Source: a virus | Lineage: Duplodnaviria > Caudoviricetes | Reading direction: 5' to 3' (one strand) | Length of the DNA stretch: 64,000 nt | Virus record (IMG/VR): IMGVR_UViG_3300017700_000537 | Span: 11,160 to 75,159 of that record | In this document: positions 56,238 to 64,000 of the stretch, in pieces | Position numbering within the stretch: the first letter of the stretch is position 1 | Layout of the letters: each line of letters begins with the position of its first letter | Position numbers and translations under genes: made by a program | The notes under the pieces: model-generated | What the model saw: the letters and a program-made list of their open reading frames with translations, nothing else | The model's database searches: none | What the model was told of the DNA's origin: nothing

Positions 56238-57890
56238 GTGTCATTCAAACTTAGGGACTATCAAGAACTCGCACATTCCGAGGCCGTATCCCATTTCAGG
56301 GGTGGCGGCAAGCGGATTGTGCTCACCGCACCACCACGGAGCGGGAAGGGTTCCATGATAGCCAATAAAGCTGCAAAAGCTGCCAAGAATGGCCATCAAG
56401 TTTTGGTCCACGTTCACAAGGCCGAGCTTGTGCTGGAAATCAAGAAAAGGCTGAACACGCAGTTCGGCATGGACTGCGGAATACTCATGCGTGGCCATCC
56501 TGTGGAAAAGAACAAACTGATACAAGTCGGGAGTGTGATGACCATGATACGCCGAAACCTCGACTGGCTGCACCCTCGCCTGTTTATGATAGACGAGTGC
56601 CACAGGCTTCCATCTCCAAGCCAGACCAAGCTATTTGATTATTTCAAAGATAAGTGCGACCCGTTCGTAGTGGGATTTACAGCCACATTGTACCGTGAAG
56701 ACAAGAAAAACTTTGTCCCATACTTCGACAAAGTGATTCAGGTAACGACCTGGCGGGCGCAGTTGGACAGAAAAGTGTTGGTCCCGACAGTAGTGAAGGC
56801 TCCAAAAAGCGTATCGGTTGATGACATCAAACTGAAGATGACGGCCAATGGCCTCGACTTTGACGAGGACGAGATGGCCGCAAGGTTCATGGAGGACAGG
56901 GTGATGACTGCGCTCTACTCAAAATGGATGGAATACACCGGTGGGCGGATGCAAAGTATAGCGTTCTCGGTCAATCAGAAGCACAACAAAGCGGCCTGCG
57001 AGTTCTTCCGGGCCAAGGGTGTAAATGCGCAGTTTGTTGACGACAAGACCCCACAGAAAGAGCGGGAGGCCATCATGGAGAAATTTTACAAAGGCCCGTT
57101 CTGTGAAAATCCTATTATGATTCTTTTTAATATCGGGATTTTCAGCGAGGGTATCGACTGCCCTACGGTGAAGTGTGTAGTCGGTAATATGGGCACAAAA
57201 TCCTTCGTAAAATACGTGCAGGCGTTTTCCAGGGGCGCAGGCGCTATGCTGGTTGACAAGTCGAACAGCAAGTGGATTTGCGACTTCTTTAAGGTCCCGC
57301 ACGGTTCGCTCGGGGAGATTGGTGAGTGGTTGATGCTCCCGAATGGCAAATACTACAAGGAACGGGTATTGGTGCTGGATTTTGGCGGGAACACAGAGCG
57401 GCACGGGATGCTTGAGGATTACGACATCATGCCGCCAGACCTCACCGGGAAACGGAAGGAAGATGGCGTCGCTCCGACACGAAGCTGCCCAGAATGCCTG
57501 ACGGTCTGCTACACCGTCCACAAAGCGTGTCCAAATTGTGGGTTCGTTTTCCCGCTGGCGAAGAAAGAAGAGAAGAAGCTACATGCCGACGAAGTGGAAT
57601 GGGACACGGTTGACAAGGACCAGTCCTTGGTCAAAAAAATTATCAACCTGAAGGCAAAACAGGCCCAGCAATCTGAAACGCAATGGCTCCGCATCGTAGC
57701 CCTGATAAAAGGCTACGATAAAGTATGGATTTGGAAACGTGTCGAAGAGCGTGGCGAATACCGCCAAGAGGGCGTGGAAGTCTGGGGCAACAAGCCCGGA
57801 ACCTTCGAGAACTATTTGGAGAACCTTGAGAAAGAGAAGGGGACGTTTTCTATTTTTGAACGGTTAAAATCAAAAAGAATATCAATATGA
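56238..57890 (+). CDS. SF2 DEAD/DEAH helicase (RadD-like) with C-terminal Zn finger
   Basis: LRDYQ, APPRSGKG, IDECH, GFTAT, FSEGIDCP, CPEC..CPNC; probable GTG start at 56238. Confidence 0.9.
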   Translation: MSFKLRDYQELAHSEAVSHFRGGGKRIVLTAPPRSGKGSMIANKAAKAAKNGHQVLVHVHKAELVLEIKKRLNTQFGMDCGILMRGHPVEKNKLIQVGSVMTMIRRNLDWLHPRLFMIDECHRLPSPSQTKLFDYFKDKCDPFVVGFTATLYREDKKNFVPYFDKVIQVTTWRAQLDRKVLVPTVVKAPKSVSVDDIKLKMTANGLDFDEDEMAARFMEDRVMTALYSKWMEYTGGRMQSIAFSVNQKHNKAACEFFRAKGVNAQFVDDKTPQKEREAIMEKFYKGPFCENPIMILFNIGIFSEGIDCPTVKCVVGNMGTKSFVKYVQAFSRGAGAMLVDKSNSKWICDFFKVPHGSLGEIGEWLMLPNGKYYKERVLVLDFGGNTERHGMLEDYDIMPPDLTGKRKEDGVAPTRSCPECLTVCYTVHKACPNCGFVFPLAKKEEKKLHADEVEWDTVDKDQSLVKKIINLKAKQAQQSETQWLRIVALIKGYDKVWIWKRVEERGEYRQEGVEVWGNKPGTFENYLENLEKEKGTFSIFERLKSKRISI

Positions 57891-58099
57891 AATCGGAAGA
57901 CAAAACTTTGTTGAAAAGAAAAATGGAACATCAGGCTGACTATAAAAAGAAGGCCGCATTGCTGGATGATATTGGCAAGCAGCAGCTTATTGATTTAATC
58001 TTGGGTGGAGCGGTATGCGAACTCCAACAGAAGCAAATTTTGGAAGGAGAACCAGAAGCTCAGACGTTAACTATTAAATTTTATTTCAACCCAACATAA
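57887..58099 (+). CDS. hypothetical protein
   Basis: 70-aa coupled ORF. Confidence 0.5.
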   Translation: MKSEDKTLLKRKMEHQADYKKKAALLDDIGKQQLIDLILGGAVCELQQKQILEGEPEAQTLTIKFYFNPT

Positions 58100-59328
58100 T
58101 GATAGCAGAATCAATCGAAATCGAAAACTTCGGAGGTATGCAGAAGTTCAAGGTCAACTTCGACCCTCGCATCACCTACGTCACCGGACCGAACATGGCC
58201 GGAAAATCGACCATCGCTAAAACCGCCTTCTTCTTCGGCCTAGAGGGCATTGCCGAAAAAGGCACCCACTACAAAGGCCGTGGCAACTTCGTCGGAGAAT
58301 GGGGGGATGAAGCCAAAACAATCATCAAGCTGCGAGACGAGCACGGCTCCTATACCGTCACCCGTGCCATGAACGACAAGAAGCAGACGCAGTTCTCCGT
58401 GGTGAGCGACACTGGCCGTAGCCTTGATCAGGCATGGCTTAATAAACTATTCCAGAGCTTAATGATAAGCCCGCTGGACTTCGCTAACATGCACGAGAAA
58501 GAACAGGCAAAACAGCTTGGAATCGACACGTCCGAGTATGACGAGCGGATACTTGCGCTGAAGATGGACTTCACCTTTATCAACGGCACCTTGCGGGATT
58601 TCGGAGAAATAATAATCCCTGAAAAAGTGGAATACGTTGATGTATCCGAGTTAAACCGGCAGAAGAACGAGGTGCTGGCGTTCAATCAGCAACAGCGGGT
58701 CAGGACGAATGAGCTTTCTAAGAAAAACGGGGAAATAGCTACCCTGGATATTCATATCTCAAAACTGCAACAAGAGCTTCAAATAGCATTGGTGTCTAGG
58801 GAGAACAGGGTAAAAGAGAAGAACGCACTTACATTGCCAGAGCCAGAGAAGGATACCAGTGGCTTCGACAAGGTAATGGAAGAGATGGATAAGACCAACA
58901 AAGATGCTATGTTCTATGGGATTGCCCTTGAAAAATCCCGGCAAAAGGCTGTAAAAGAAGAAGAACTTTCCGCCAACAAACTTGCCCAAAAACAACTCCA
59001 AGAAGAAAAAGTGGCCTACCTGCAAACACTCGACCTTCCGTTCAGCACCATGACCATTGACGACAACGGCGGGCTTATGATGGACGGGAAGTACATCCGG
59101 GAGCCGTTCTTCAGCTCTGGGGAGCTTTGGGCCGTGATACCGAGGATAATCGCCAAAATGCAGCCGGAATTCAAATACATATTTATTCAAGGCTGGAACA
59201 TGATGGACAAAAAGCACCAGAAGAACCTCGTGGAAGACATGCTCGGCCTTGGTTTCCAGCTCTGCATCGAAGTGGTGGACGAAACCGAGAATGGCGGGAT
59301 AATAGTTTTGACGGAGCTTGCTTCTTAA
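58099..59328 (+). CDS. SMC/Rad50-like ABC ATPase
   Basis: IEIENFGG, GPNMAGKST Walker A, coiled coil, FSSGE signature-like motif. Confidence 0.8.
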   Translation: MIAESIEIENFGGMQKFKVNFDPRITYVTGPNMAGKSTIAKTAFFFGLEGIAEKGTHYKGRGNFVGEWGDEAKTIIKLRDEHGSYTVTRAMNDKKQTQFSVVSDTGRSLDQAWLNKLFQSLMISPLDFANMHEKEQAKQLGIDTSEYDERILALKMDFTFINGTLRDFGEIIIPEKVEYVDVSELNRQKNEVLAFNQQQRVRTNELSKKNGEIATLDIHISKLQQELQIALVSRENRVKEKNALTLPEPEKDTSGFDKVMEEMDKTNKDAMFYGIALEKSRQKAVKEEELSANKLAQKQLQEEKVAYLQTLDLPFSTMTIDDNGGLMMDGKYIREPFFSSGELWAVIPRIIAKMQPEFKYIFIQGWNMMDKKHQKNLVEDMLGLGFQLCIEVVDETENGGIIVLTELAS

Positions 59329-59348
59329 TTGAATTAAGTATATCTTTG
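59317..59348 (+). promoter_or_regulatory. host-type promoter
   Basis: cTTG-N20-TATCTTTG. Confidence 0.6.
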
Positions 59349-59381
59349 CCGAACAAATTATAGTCTCGAAAAACAGAGGCT

Positions 59382-59989
59382 ATGGACAACATTTTAATCT
59401 TTGGCAATATGCTGCAAGCTGTAATCCTCAATCCGAAACTTCTTGAGCAAATCAAGAAAGAAGAGGCTAAGAACAGGGAGTTCGAGGCTGAGATGGACGC
59501 TAAAATAGCAATGGAATGTACTCAAAAGAAACCCAATCCGGCAGAAAGCCATCAAGCCCAGCGGCAAAGCTAAGGCCAGTCACGGCCAGACGCCAACAGT
59601 TCAACGTCGAAATGCACAAGGCATACGACAGGATTGACCAGGAGCGAGAGTTGTGCTGCCAAGCCTGTCTAGCGCCACAGTTTGACCATTCGCATTCGAT
59701 TCCGAAGAACTACAAGGACTACAAGTTCATCGCAGACGAGCGGAACATCTGGCTCCTATGTCGTGACTGTCACGTTTTATTCGAGGGAGGGTACCTATGG
59801 ATGCTCGACTGCGGCGAAGAAATCATGGCCAACATCCTGCTTTGCGACGAGGACTACTACAAGCAGAAGGTCATGCAGGTGGCGAAAAGGCTTGATGGGT
59901 ACAAGAAGAAAAACTGGCTTGCAATAAGCCAAAAGGCAATAATCATCCCGGATTGGGTGGAGGAACTTTGTTCTGACATTTCTTTCTGA
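59382..59989 (+). CDS. HNH-like nuclease, as two overlapping ORFs or one frameshifted gene
   Basis: CCQAC...DHSHSIP...NIWLLCRDCH in 59516-59989; one extra A near 59502-59505 would fuse it to ORF 59382. Confidence 0.55.
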
Positions 59990-60010
59990 ACTTTCAGTAA
60001 ATATTGAAAC

Positions 60011-60388
60011 ATGGAAAAACAACTAAGCCAAGTCAAGGAATTCCACAAGGCATTCGGGTCAAGGATAGGCAAACATCCTGGCCTGCCAGAAGACAAAGAA
60101 CTCGCGCTGAGGCAGAAACTCATAATCGAAGAAGCCTGCGAGGTCAGCGATGAGCTGATTGAGGGAAAAAGCATTGTCAGGACCGCAAAAGAACTTGCCG
60201 ACCTGATGTACGTGACACTTGGCACCGTCCTGTCGCTCGGCCTACAATCGGAGTTCGAGCGGTGTTTTGATGCCGTCCACGCTTCCAATATGTCGAAACT
60301 GGAGGACGGCAAGCCTGTCTATCGGGAGGACGGGAAAGTGTTGAAGTCATCCAGTTATAAACCTGCGGACTTATCTTTTTTGGAATGA
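60011..60388 (+). CDS. MazG-like/PRA-PH nucleotide pyrophosphohydrolase
   Basis: VKEFHKAF, LIIEEACE, KELADLMYV, VHASNMSKL, DGKVLK. Confidence 0.85.
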   Translation: MEKQLSQVKEFHKAFGSRIGKHPGLPEDKELALRQKLIIEEACEVSDELIEGKSIVRTAKELADLMYVTLGTVLSLGLQSEFERCFDAVHASNMSKLEDGKPVYREDGKVLKSSSYKPADLSFLE

Positions 60389-60849
60389 AATACGAATTCA
60401 CAGCCCACTGGAACCGTGACACAAAGGAATTGAAGATAGTGAATTTGCAGCTCCTAATCGAACGGCTTTCCGAGGAGCAGAACACCTGCTACCTTGACGG
60501 AACTCTGGAAGAAGAATTCCAATGGAAATCCGACGAACAGCGTGGGTATCTCTTTGCTGAGATTGGCGTAAAGGCTTTGCTTGGGTACAGGTCAAGGGGT
60601 ACAAACATCAAGTGCAAAGAAATGGCACTTGACTACTTGATGTTGGAGCCTGAGATTGACTGTGTGAACAGGATAATAAACGAAACGACAGGCGAAGTAT
60701 TGGCGAGGGTTCCGAAGAGCATAGCCAGCCTTTCCAAGCGGCAGACTAGGGACTTTATTTCGGATGCAGTACAGTTTATCGAAATAGACCTTGGGGTGCA
60801 GGTGGATTCACCGGAAACTTGGAAGGAGAGAAGATTGAGTAAAAAATAA
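60385..60849 (+). CDS. hypothetical protein, NinB-like (weak)
   Basis: KSDEQRGYLF...SIASLSKRQTRDFI resembles the NinB/Orf pattern. Confidence 0.45.
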   Translation: MKYEFTAHWNRDTKELKIVNLQLLIERLSEEQNTCYLDGTLEEEFQWKSDEQRGYLFAEIGVKALLGYRSRGTNIKCKEMALDYLMLEPEIDCVNRIINETTGEVLARVPKSIASLSKRQTRDFISDAVQFIEIDLGVQVDSPETWKERRLSKK

Positions 60850-60856
60850 AATCAAA

Positions 60857-61147
60857 ATGCTACCAACTAAAAAATCCCGGCAAAAGCCCCGAATCCTTCT
60901 CTCCGACATCACCAAGCAAATAGAGGAAGAGTTCGGAGGAATAGCCGTCAACGACAGGCAACAGCCGAACATCAAGGTAAAAAAGGTATTCTGCTGGCTA
61001 GCACTCGAACTCGGCCACAACCCTGTGCTCGTCGGCGCTCGATGCGGACTGAACAGGGCGTCGGTGATACACCATCACAAGGCGATGAAGGACTTGATTA
61101 AGTTTGTGGGGACGGCAAAAGAGATGATAGATGAAGCAAGTATTTGA
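60857..61147 (+). CDS. DnaA C-terminal-like HTH protein
   Basis: KKVFCWLALELG...VGARCGLNRASVIHH. Confidence 0.55.
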   Translation: MLPTKKSRQKPRILLSDITKQIEEEFGGIAVNDRQQPNIKVKKVFCWLALELGHNPVLVGARCGLNRASVIHHHKAMKDLIKFVGTAKEMIDEASI

Positions 61148-61478
61148 ATTTGATTTCGCCCTGGCTGGCCTGAACGGTTCCAAGGGGCTTATGCAGAAGC
61201 ATTGGTCAAAACACGCAAAGACCAAGGATTCGCTTTTGACGCAGGTATTGGAGAAGGAGCCAAGGTGCCACGATGGGCAGGTGAGGATAACTTACACAAG
61301 GAGGTCAAGTAAGATGATGGACTGGGACAATTGCATGGCGAGCCTCAAGCCAATTTTAGATGCCTTCGTGAAAGCGGGAACCATTAAGGACGATTCCCCT
61401 AAGTTCATCCCAGAGCAGCCGAAGCTGACACAAGAGATTGGGTCGGCATTTACACGCATCATCATCGAAGATTTGTAA
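61131..61478 (+). CDS. rusA: RusA-like Holliday junction resolvase
   Basis: DWDNCMASLKPILDAFVKAGTIKDDS matches the RusA DxDN...K...D...DD pattern. Confidence 0.75.
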   Translation: MKQVFEFDFALAGLNGSKGLMQKHWSKHAKTKDSLLTQVLEKEPRCHDGQVRITYTRRSSKMMDWDNCMASLKPILDAFVKAGTIKDDSPKFIPEQPKLTQEIGSAFTRIIIEDL

Positions 61479-61513
61479 AACACCTAATGCCTTGGGTTTA
61501 GTGTTTTTGCATG

Positions 61514-61540
61514 GGCAGGCTCTTCGGAGCTTGCCTTTTT
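61514..61540 (+). terminator. intrinsic terminator
   Basis: GGCAGGCTC-TTCG-GAGCTTGCC-TTTTT. Confidence 0.8.
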
Positions 61541-61600
61541 CATTTTAATCCCGTAGCTTTGGATAGTGTTAGTTTTAGGTTAATTAAAATTTGCATGGAC

Positions 61601-61628
61601 AGGGCGGCCAAAGGTCGTCCTTTTTTTT
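61601..61628 (+). terminator. intrinsic terminator immediately upstream of the hydrolase gene
   Basis: AGGGCGGCC-AAA-GGTCGTCCT followed by a T run. Confidence 0.7.
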
Positions 61629-61644
61629 CACGTAATTCAACGTT

Positions 61645-62079
61645 TTGAGTTTAAAAAATCTCAGCAGTGCAATGGCCCTGCTTTTGTTGCCAACCTATTT
61701 AGCAAGTGTTACTTCGGACGGGGCGTTTTCAGCCCCTGTGGCTTGTCAGGAAGCCTATTCGGAAGATGTGTATGCCCTGGCAGCGATTCTCTACTCAGAA
61801 TGCCGTGGGGAGCCAAGAGAAGGCAGAATGATGGTCGCCCATGCAGTGCGCAACCGGGCGAAATACAAAGGAATAAGTGTGGAGATGGCCACCCGTTCAG
61901 GGATGAAGGGCGGAAGGCTCGAACCGGAGCTGGTCGAGGAGGCAGCGATGTGGCTGCAAGGAGAGGTCTGTCACGGTTATCGTCATTGGCTGAACACGAA
62001 AACAGCGACAGACCTCAAGTGGAAGCGGTATGCGTTAACTAGGTGTGGAGTTGTCGTCGGAAGGCATTTCTTTTTCTGA
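61645..62079 (+). CDS. SleB/Hydrolase_2 cell-wall hydrolase (endolysin candidate)
   Basis: LAAILYSECRGEPREGRMMVAHAVRNR, GRHFFF; hydrophobic N-terminus. Confidence 0.8.
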   Translation: MSLKNLSSAMALLLLPTYLASVTSDGAFSAPVACQEAYSEDVYALAAILYSECRGEPREGRMMVAHAVRNRAKYKGISVEMATRSGMKGGRLEPELVEEAAMWLQGEVCHGYRHWLNTKTATDLKWKRYALTRCGVVVGRHFFF

Positions 62080-62093
62080 CTTGCTGGGATTTT

Positions 62094-62357
62094 TTAGTCA
62101 GTTAGGAGCGTAGCCAGGATTCGGTATCGACCAGTCAAGTCAATCTTGGCAAAATCTTCATCCAAATCTGATAACGCACCTATCAATCGGTATGGCTCAT
62201 CCCTTTCAACACAGTTTCTTGCCTTTCCAGTTATTGACATCGTAAGTTCAGTGCTAAACTCTGGGCAAATCTCTTTGATTGTCTTGTAGGTTTTATGAAC
62301 CCTGCTTGTCGGAACAGGATGACCCATTGCGTCAAATCCTGATAAAGTATTTTCCAT
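62094..62357 (-). CDS. hypothetical protein
   Basis: 87-aa ORF from ATG 62357. Confidence 0.5.
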   Translation of the reverse strand: MENTLSGFDAMGHPVPTSRVHKTYKTIKEICPEFSTELTMSITGKARNCVERDEPYRLIGALSDLDEDFAKIDLTGRYRILATLLTD

Positions 62358-62392
62358 TTTTATTGATTTGATTGTTAAAAAATCCCGGCCAA

Positions 62393-62635
62393 TCACCTGA
62401 CCCGCCGGTAGAGTTCCACTTTCTTCTTCGCTTTAAGTATCTCAGCCTCTGTCATCTCCTTCATCGGAAACATGGACTTGTTTATCCACACCTCCTTGTG
62501 TTCCGGGAAGCCGACGGCCCTTACTGTCCAGCAGCCGCCGACTTCTCCGGTTATCAAACATTTCCTTCCAAACAGCCAGTTTGTGGTGATGGCTGTGTAT
62601 GTGAATATGGTTCCTATCATTTCAAATTTCGACAA
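62393..62635 (-). CDS. hypothetical protein
   Basis: 80-aa ORF. Confidence 0.5.
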   Translation of the reverse strand: MSKFEMIGTIFTYTAITTNWLFGRKCLITGEVGGCWTVRAVGFPEHKEVWINKSMFPMKEMTEAEILKAKKKVELYRRVR

Positions 62636-62825
62636 TCTTGTGAGGTTGATTGTGTATCACATTTTCAAGTACAGTGCCGTCGTCAAGTTTTACGGAGAAG
62701 TCAGGCATTATCGTGCCATAGAAATGGCCAACGTACCTTACCCTATTCCCTTCCTTGAAGTTCCTGTCCCGACCTCTTATCTGGTCGAACACGGTGATAA
62801 TTCTTCTTTCAAATTCTCTTTTCAT
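62622..62825 (-). CDS. hypothetical protein
   Basis: 67-aa ORF whose ATG follows the dispersed motif. Confidence 0.5.
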   Translation of the reverse strand: MKREFERRIITVFDQIRGRDRNFKEGNRVRYVGHFYGTIMPDFSVKLDDGTVLENVIHNQPHKIVEI

Positions 62826-63048
62826 TGCCGGGATTTTTTAAGAAAGATTCCAAATCTTCCTCAGTTTCAAATTCAATTTCAGAATCAACGGATGGGTAGT
62901 ATTTTATTTTGCCCTTCCCGACGTACTTAGTCACTCTAAATGCTCCGGTGTTAGCACATTTGTACTGGGAGTTCCCTCCCGATATTCCAGCGCCATCATA
63001 CCTACCGCTAAAATGAGCTTGAAACTTCCAATCAAAAAAGGTATTCAT
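62809..63048 (-). CDS. hypothetical protein
   Basis: 79-aa ORF. Confidence 0.5.
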   Translation of the reverse strand: MNTFFDWKFQAHFSGRYDGAGISGGNSQYKCANTGAFRVTKYVGKGKIKYYPSVDSEIEFETEEDLESFLKNPGNEKRI

Positions 63049-63070
63049 GTTGTGGTACTTTTACGGCCAA

Positions 63071-63328
63071 TCAGCCAATCTGGTTCATGAAATCTTCATC
63101 GGTAGTCCCCCATCCCTTTCGGTACGGGTATTCATCCTTGGCCAGCAACGGCCTATTGCGCCTGCTTAGGAGTATCTGGGAGCAGACGTTGGCTGCGTCG
63201 TCCTCATTGTATTTCCTGAACTTGGATTCGAGGGAGTGGAGTTCTTCGTCCGTGTGCTTGGACAGTTTCTCGTTCAGTGTGGATTTGAATTTGTCGAACA
63301 GCATAGTTGTGGGTATTTGTGCCTTCAC
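63071..63328 (-). CDS. hypothetical protein
   Basis: 85-aa ORF. Confidence 0.5.
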   Translation of the reverse strand: MKAQIPTTMLFDKFKSTLNEKLSKHTDEELHSLESKFRKYNEDDAANVCSQILLSRRNRPLLAKDEYPYRKGWGTTDEDFMNQIG

Positions 63329-63406
63329 CTGAACAGCTCGTACAGAATTACTGCTTGGGCTGTGAGCAGGATGAGGCGGATTAGATTCTTCATTTTCCGG
63401 GATTTT

Positions 63407-63646
63407 TTAGTCGTTATTGTTGACAGCTTTTTCAAACTGCCTGTCCATCGAAACCTTGGCCCGAAGGAACTCGCTACGCTTTTTCTCTCCGATGCCCTCT
63501 ATGAGCCACGCAGCCGCATTGTGCAGGAAGGAGCCTTTCTCCATGTTGTCGTACATCCACTGAACGTAGTCCTTATCTTCCTTGAACACGTCCTTCAATT
63601 TCCGGCCTTTGTATTTTCCAAAATTCAGTTTAGTTTCCTTGGCCAT
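63407..63646 (-). CDS. DUF3820/ExoX-C-terminal-like small protein
   Basis: LNFGKYKGRKLKDV...DYVQWM. Confidence 0.65.
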   Translation of the reverse strand: MAKETKLNFGKYKGRKLKDVFKEDKDYVQWMYDNMEKGSFLHNAAAWLIEGIGEKKRSEFLRAKVSMDRQFEKAVNNND

Positions 63647-64000
63647 GATAAGTGGTTTCCAGCCGATGCTCCCCGATAAGTTCGTTCAGCATCCGCTCCA
63701 TGATTGATTTTATTTCTTCGGCTTCTGATTCTTTACAGATTATGCTGTCGTGCTTTGAGAAACACTTGTAGCCCATGATGAACAGTTCGTGAAGCACCCT
63801 GTCAATGACCACTGCGCTCTCGTGCTGCTGCATGGTGTCGGCAAGGAATGACTTTCCATGCTGCTTTTTAAGAGCATCCAGTTCCTCTATCAGGCCGGGG
63901 AACTCTTGGGTCAAGGCAGACTTCACCCTTGATTTTGCCCTGTGGCTGGAATACAATGCCCTGAACGTGGCAATCTTGGCCTCTGAACGGGTTTCAAGCC
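63630..64000 (-). CDS. family A polymerase-like palm domain, partial (runs off the window end)
   Basis: In-frame TRSEAKIATFRALYS (motif B-like), MQQHES, and FSKHDSII (motif C-like). Confidence 0.5.
   Translation of the reverse strand, partial: LETRSEAKIATFRALYSSHRAKSRVKSALTQEFPGLIEELDALKKQHGKSFLADTMQQHESAVVIDRVLHELFIMGYKCFSKHDSIICKESEAEEIKSIMERMLNELIGEHRLETTYHGQGN

Larger units (their letters stand above)
284..63408. repeat. dispersed 14-bp motif AAAAATCYCGGCAA, both strands
   Basis: 18 exact AAAATCYCGGC copies and about 14 one-mismatch copies counted by eye; chance expectation about 0.06 exact copies at equal base frequencies. Confidence 0.95.

Noticed and set aside
284-63408. Dispersed motif as a CRISPR or mini-CRISPR array
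   Set aside because: Spacing is irregular, both orientations occur, copies are embedded in genes, and there are no cas genes
284-63408. Motif as a simple CCGG restriction/methylation target
   Set aside because: The CTCGG variants destroy CCGG while the flanking A5/CAA context is kept; a 4-bp site cannot explain an 11-14-bp consensus
1-64000. tRNA, tmRNA or rRNA genes
   Set aside because: No T-loop/D-loop cloverleaf found in intergenic space; the GTTCGATTCC hits near 14325 and 52935 are inside coding frames
1-64000. Stop-codon reassignment as in some crAss-like phages
   Set aside because: Large genes are uninterrupted in the standard code, and TAA, TGA and TAG all end genes
1-64000. Prophage boundaries or att sites
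   Set aside because: No host genes in the window and no long direct repeat at a boundary, so integration cannot be supported from this window

Overview
The whole window is part of a tailed-phage genome. The host is almost certainly a Bacteroidota species: there are many TTTG-N19/20-TAnnTTTG promoters, and the signal peptides are followed by Gln. There are no host housekeeping genes, tRNAs or CRISPR arrays. Layout: (1) 1-6.2 kb, small accessory genes, a tandem-HTH regulator, a minimal tyrosine recombinase and a double GroES-like gene. (2) 6.2-42.2 kb, a podovirus-type virion operon with crAss-like gene order: terminase, portal, scaffold-like protein, major capsid, fibres, ring/tail proteins, stabilisation protein, three ejection proteins, spanin/holin candidates. 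A six-gene glycan-modification cluster (GT11-GT fusion, O-acetyltransferase, SAM methyltransferase, GT2-like, ABO-type GT6, GT-like) sits inside it. (3) 42.2-45.8 kb, a leftward operon of small secreted proteins, a duplicated 35-aa peptide and an HNH gene. (4) 45.8-62.1 kb, recombination/replication genes: Sak3-like, YqaJ-like, SSB, DNA MTase, initiator, primase-helicase, SF2 helicase, SMC-like ATPase, MazG-like, RusA-like, SleB-like hydrolase. (5) 62.1-64 kb, leftward genes ending in a truncated PolA-like ORF. Most notable observations: fibre-like proteins carrying Sec signal peptides and many Bacteroidota O-glycosylation sequons, next to phage-encoded glycosyltransferases; a dispersed AAAAATCYCGGCAA motif (18 exact and about 14 near-exact copies) concentrated at gene junctions in the non-structural arms; a duplicated amphipathic peptide whose copies differ almost only at synonymous sites; and attenuator-like leaders with mutually exclusive helices upstream of HNH genes. 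All family assignments come from motifs recognised by eye, and all counts are manual. A few single-base homopolymer frameshifts may be assembly errors.
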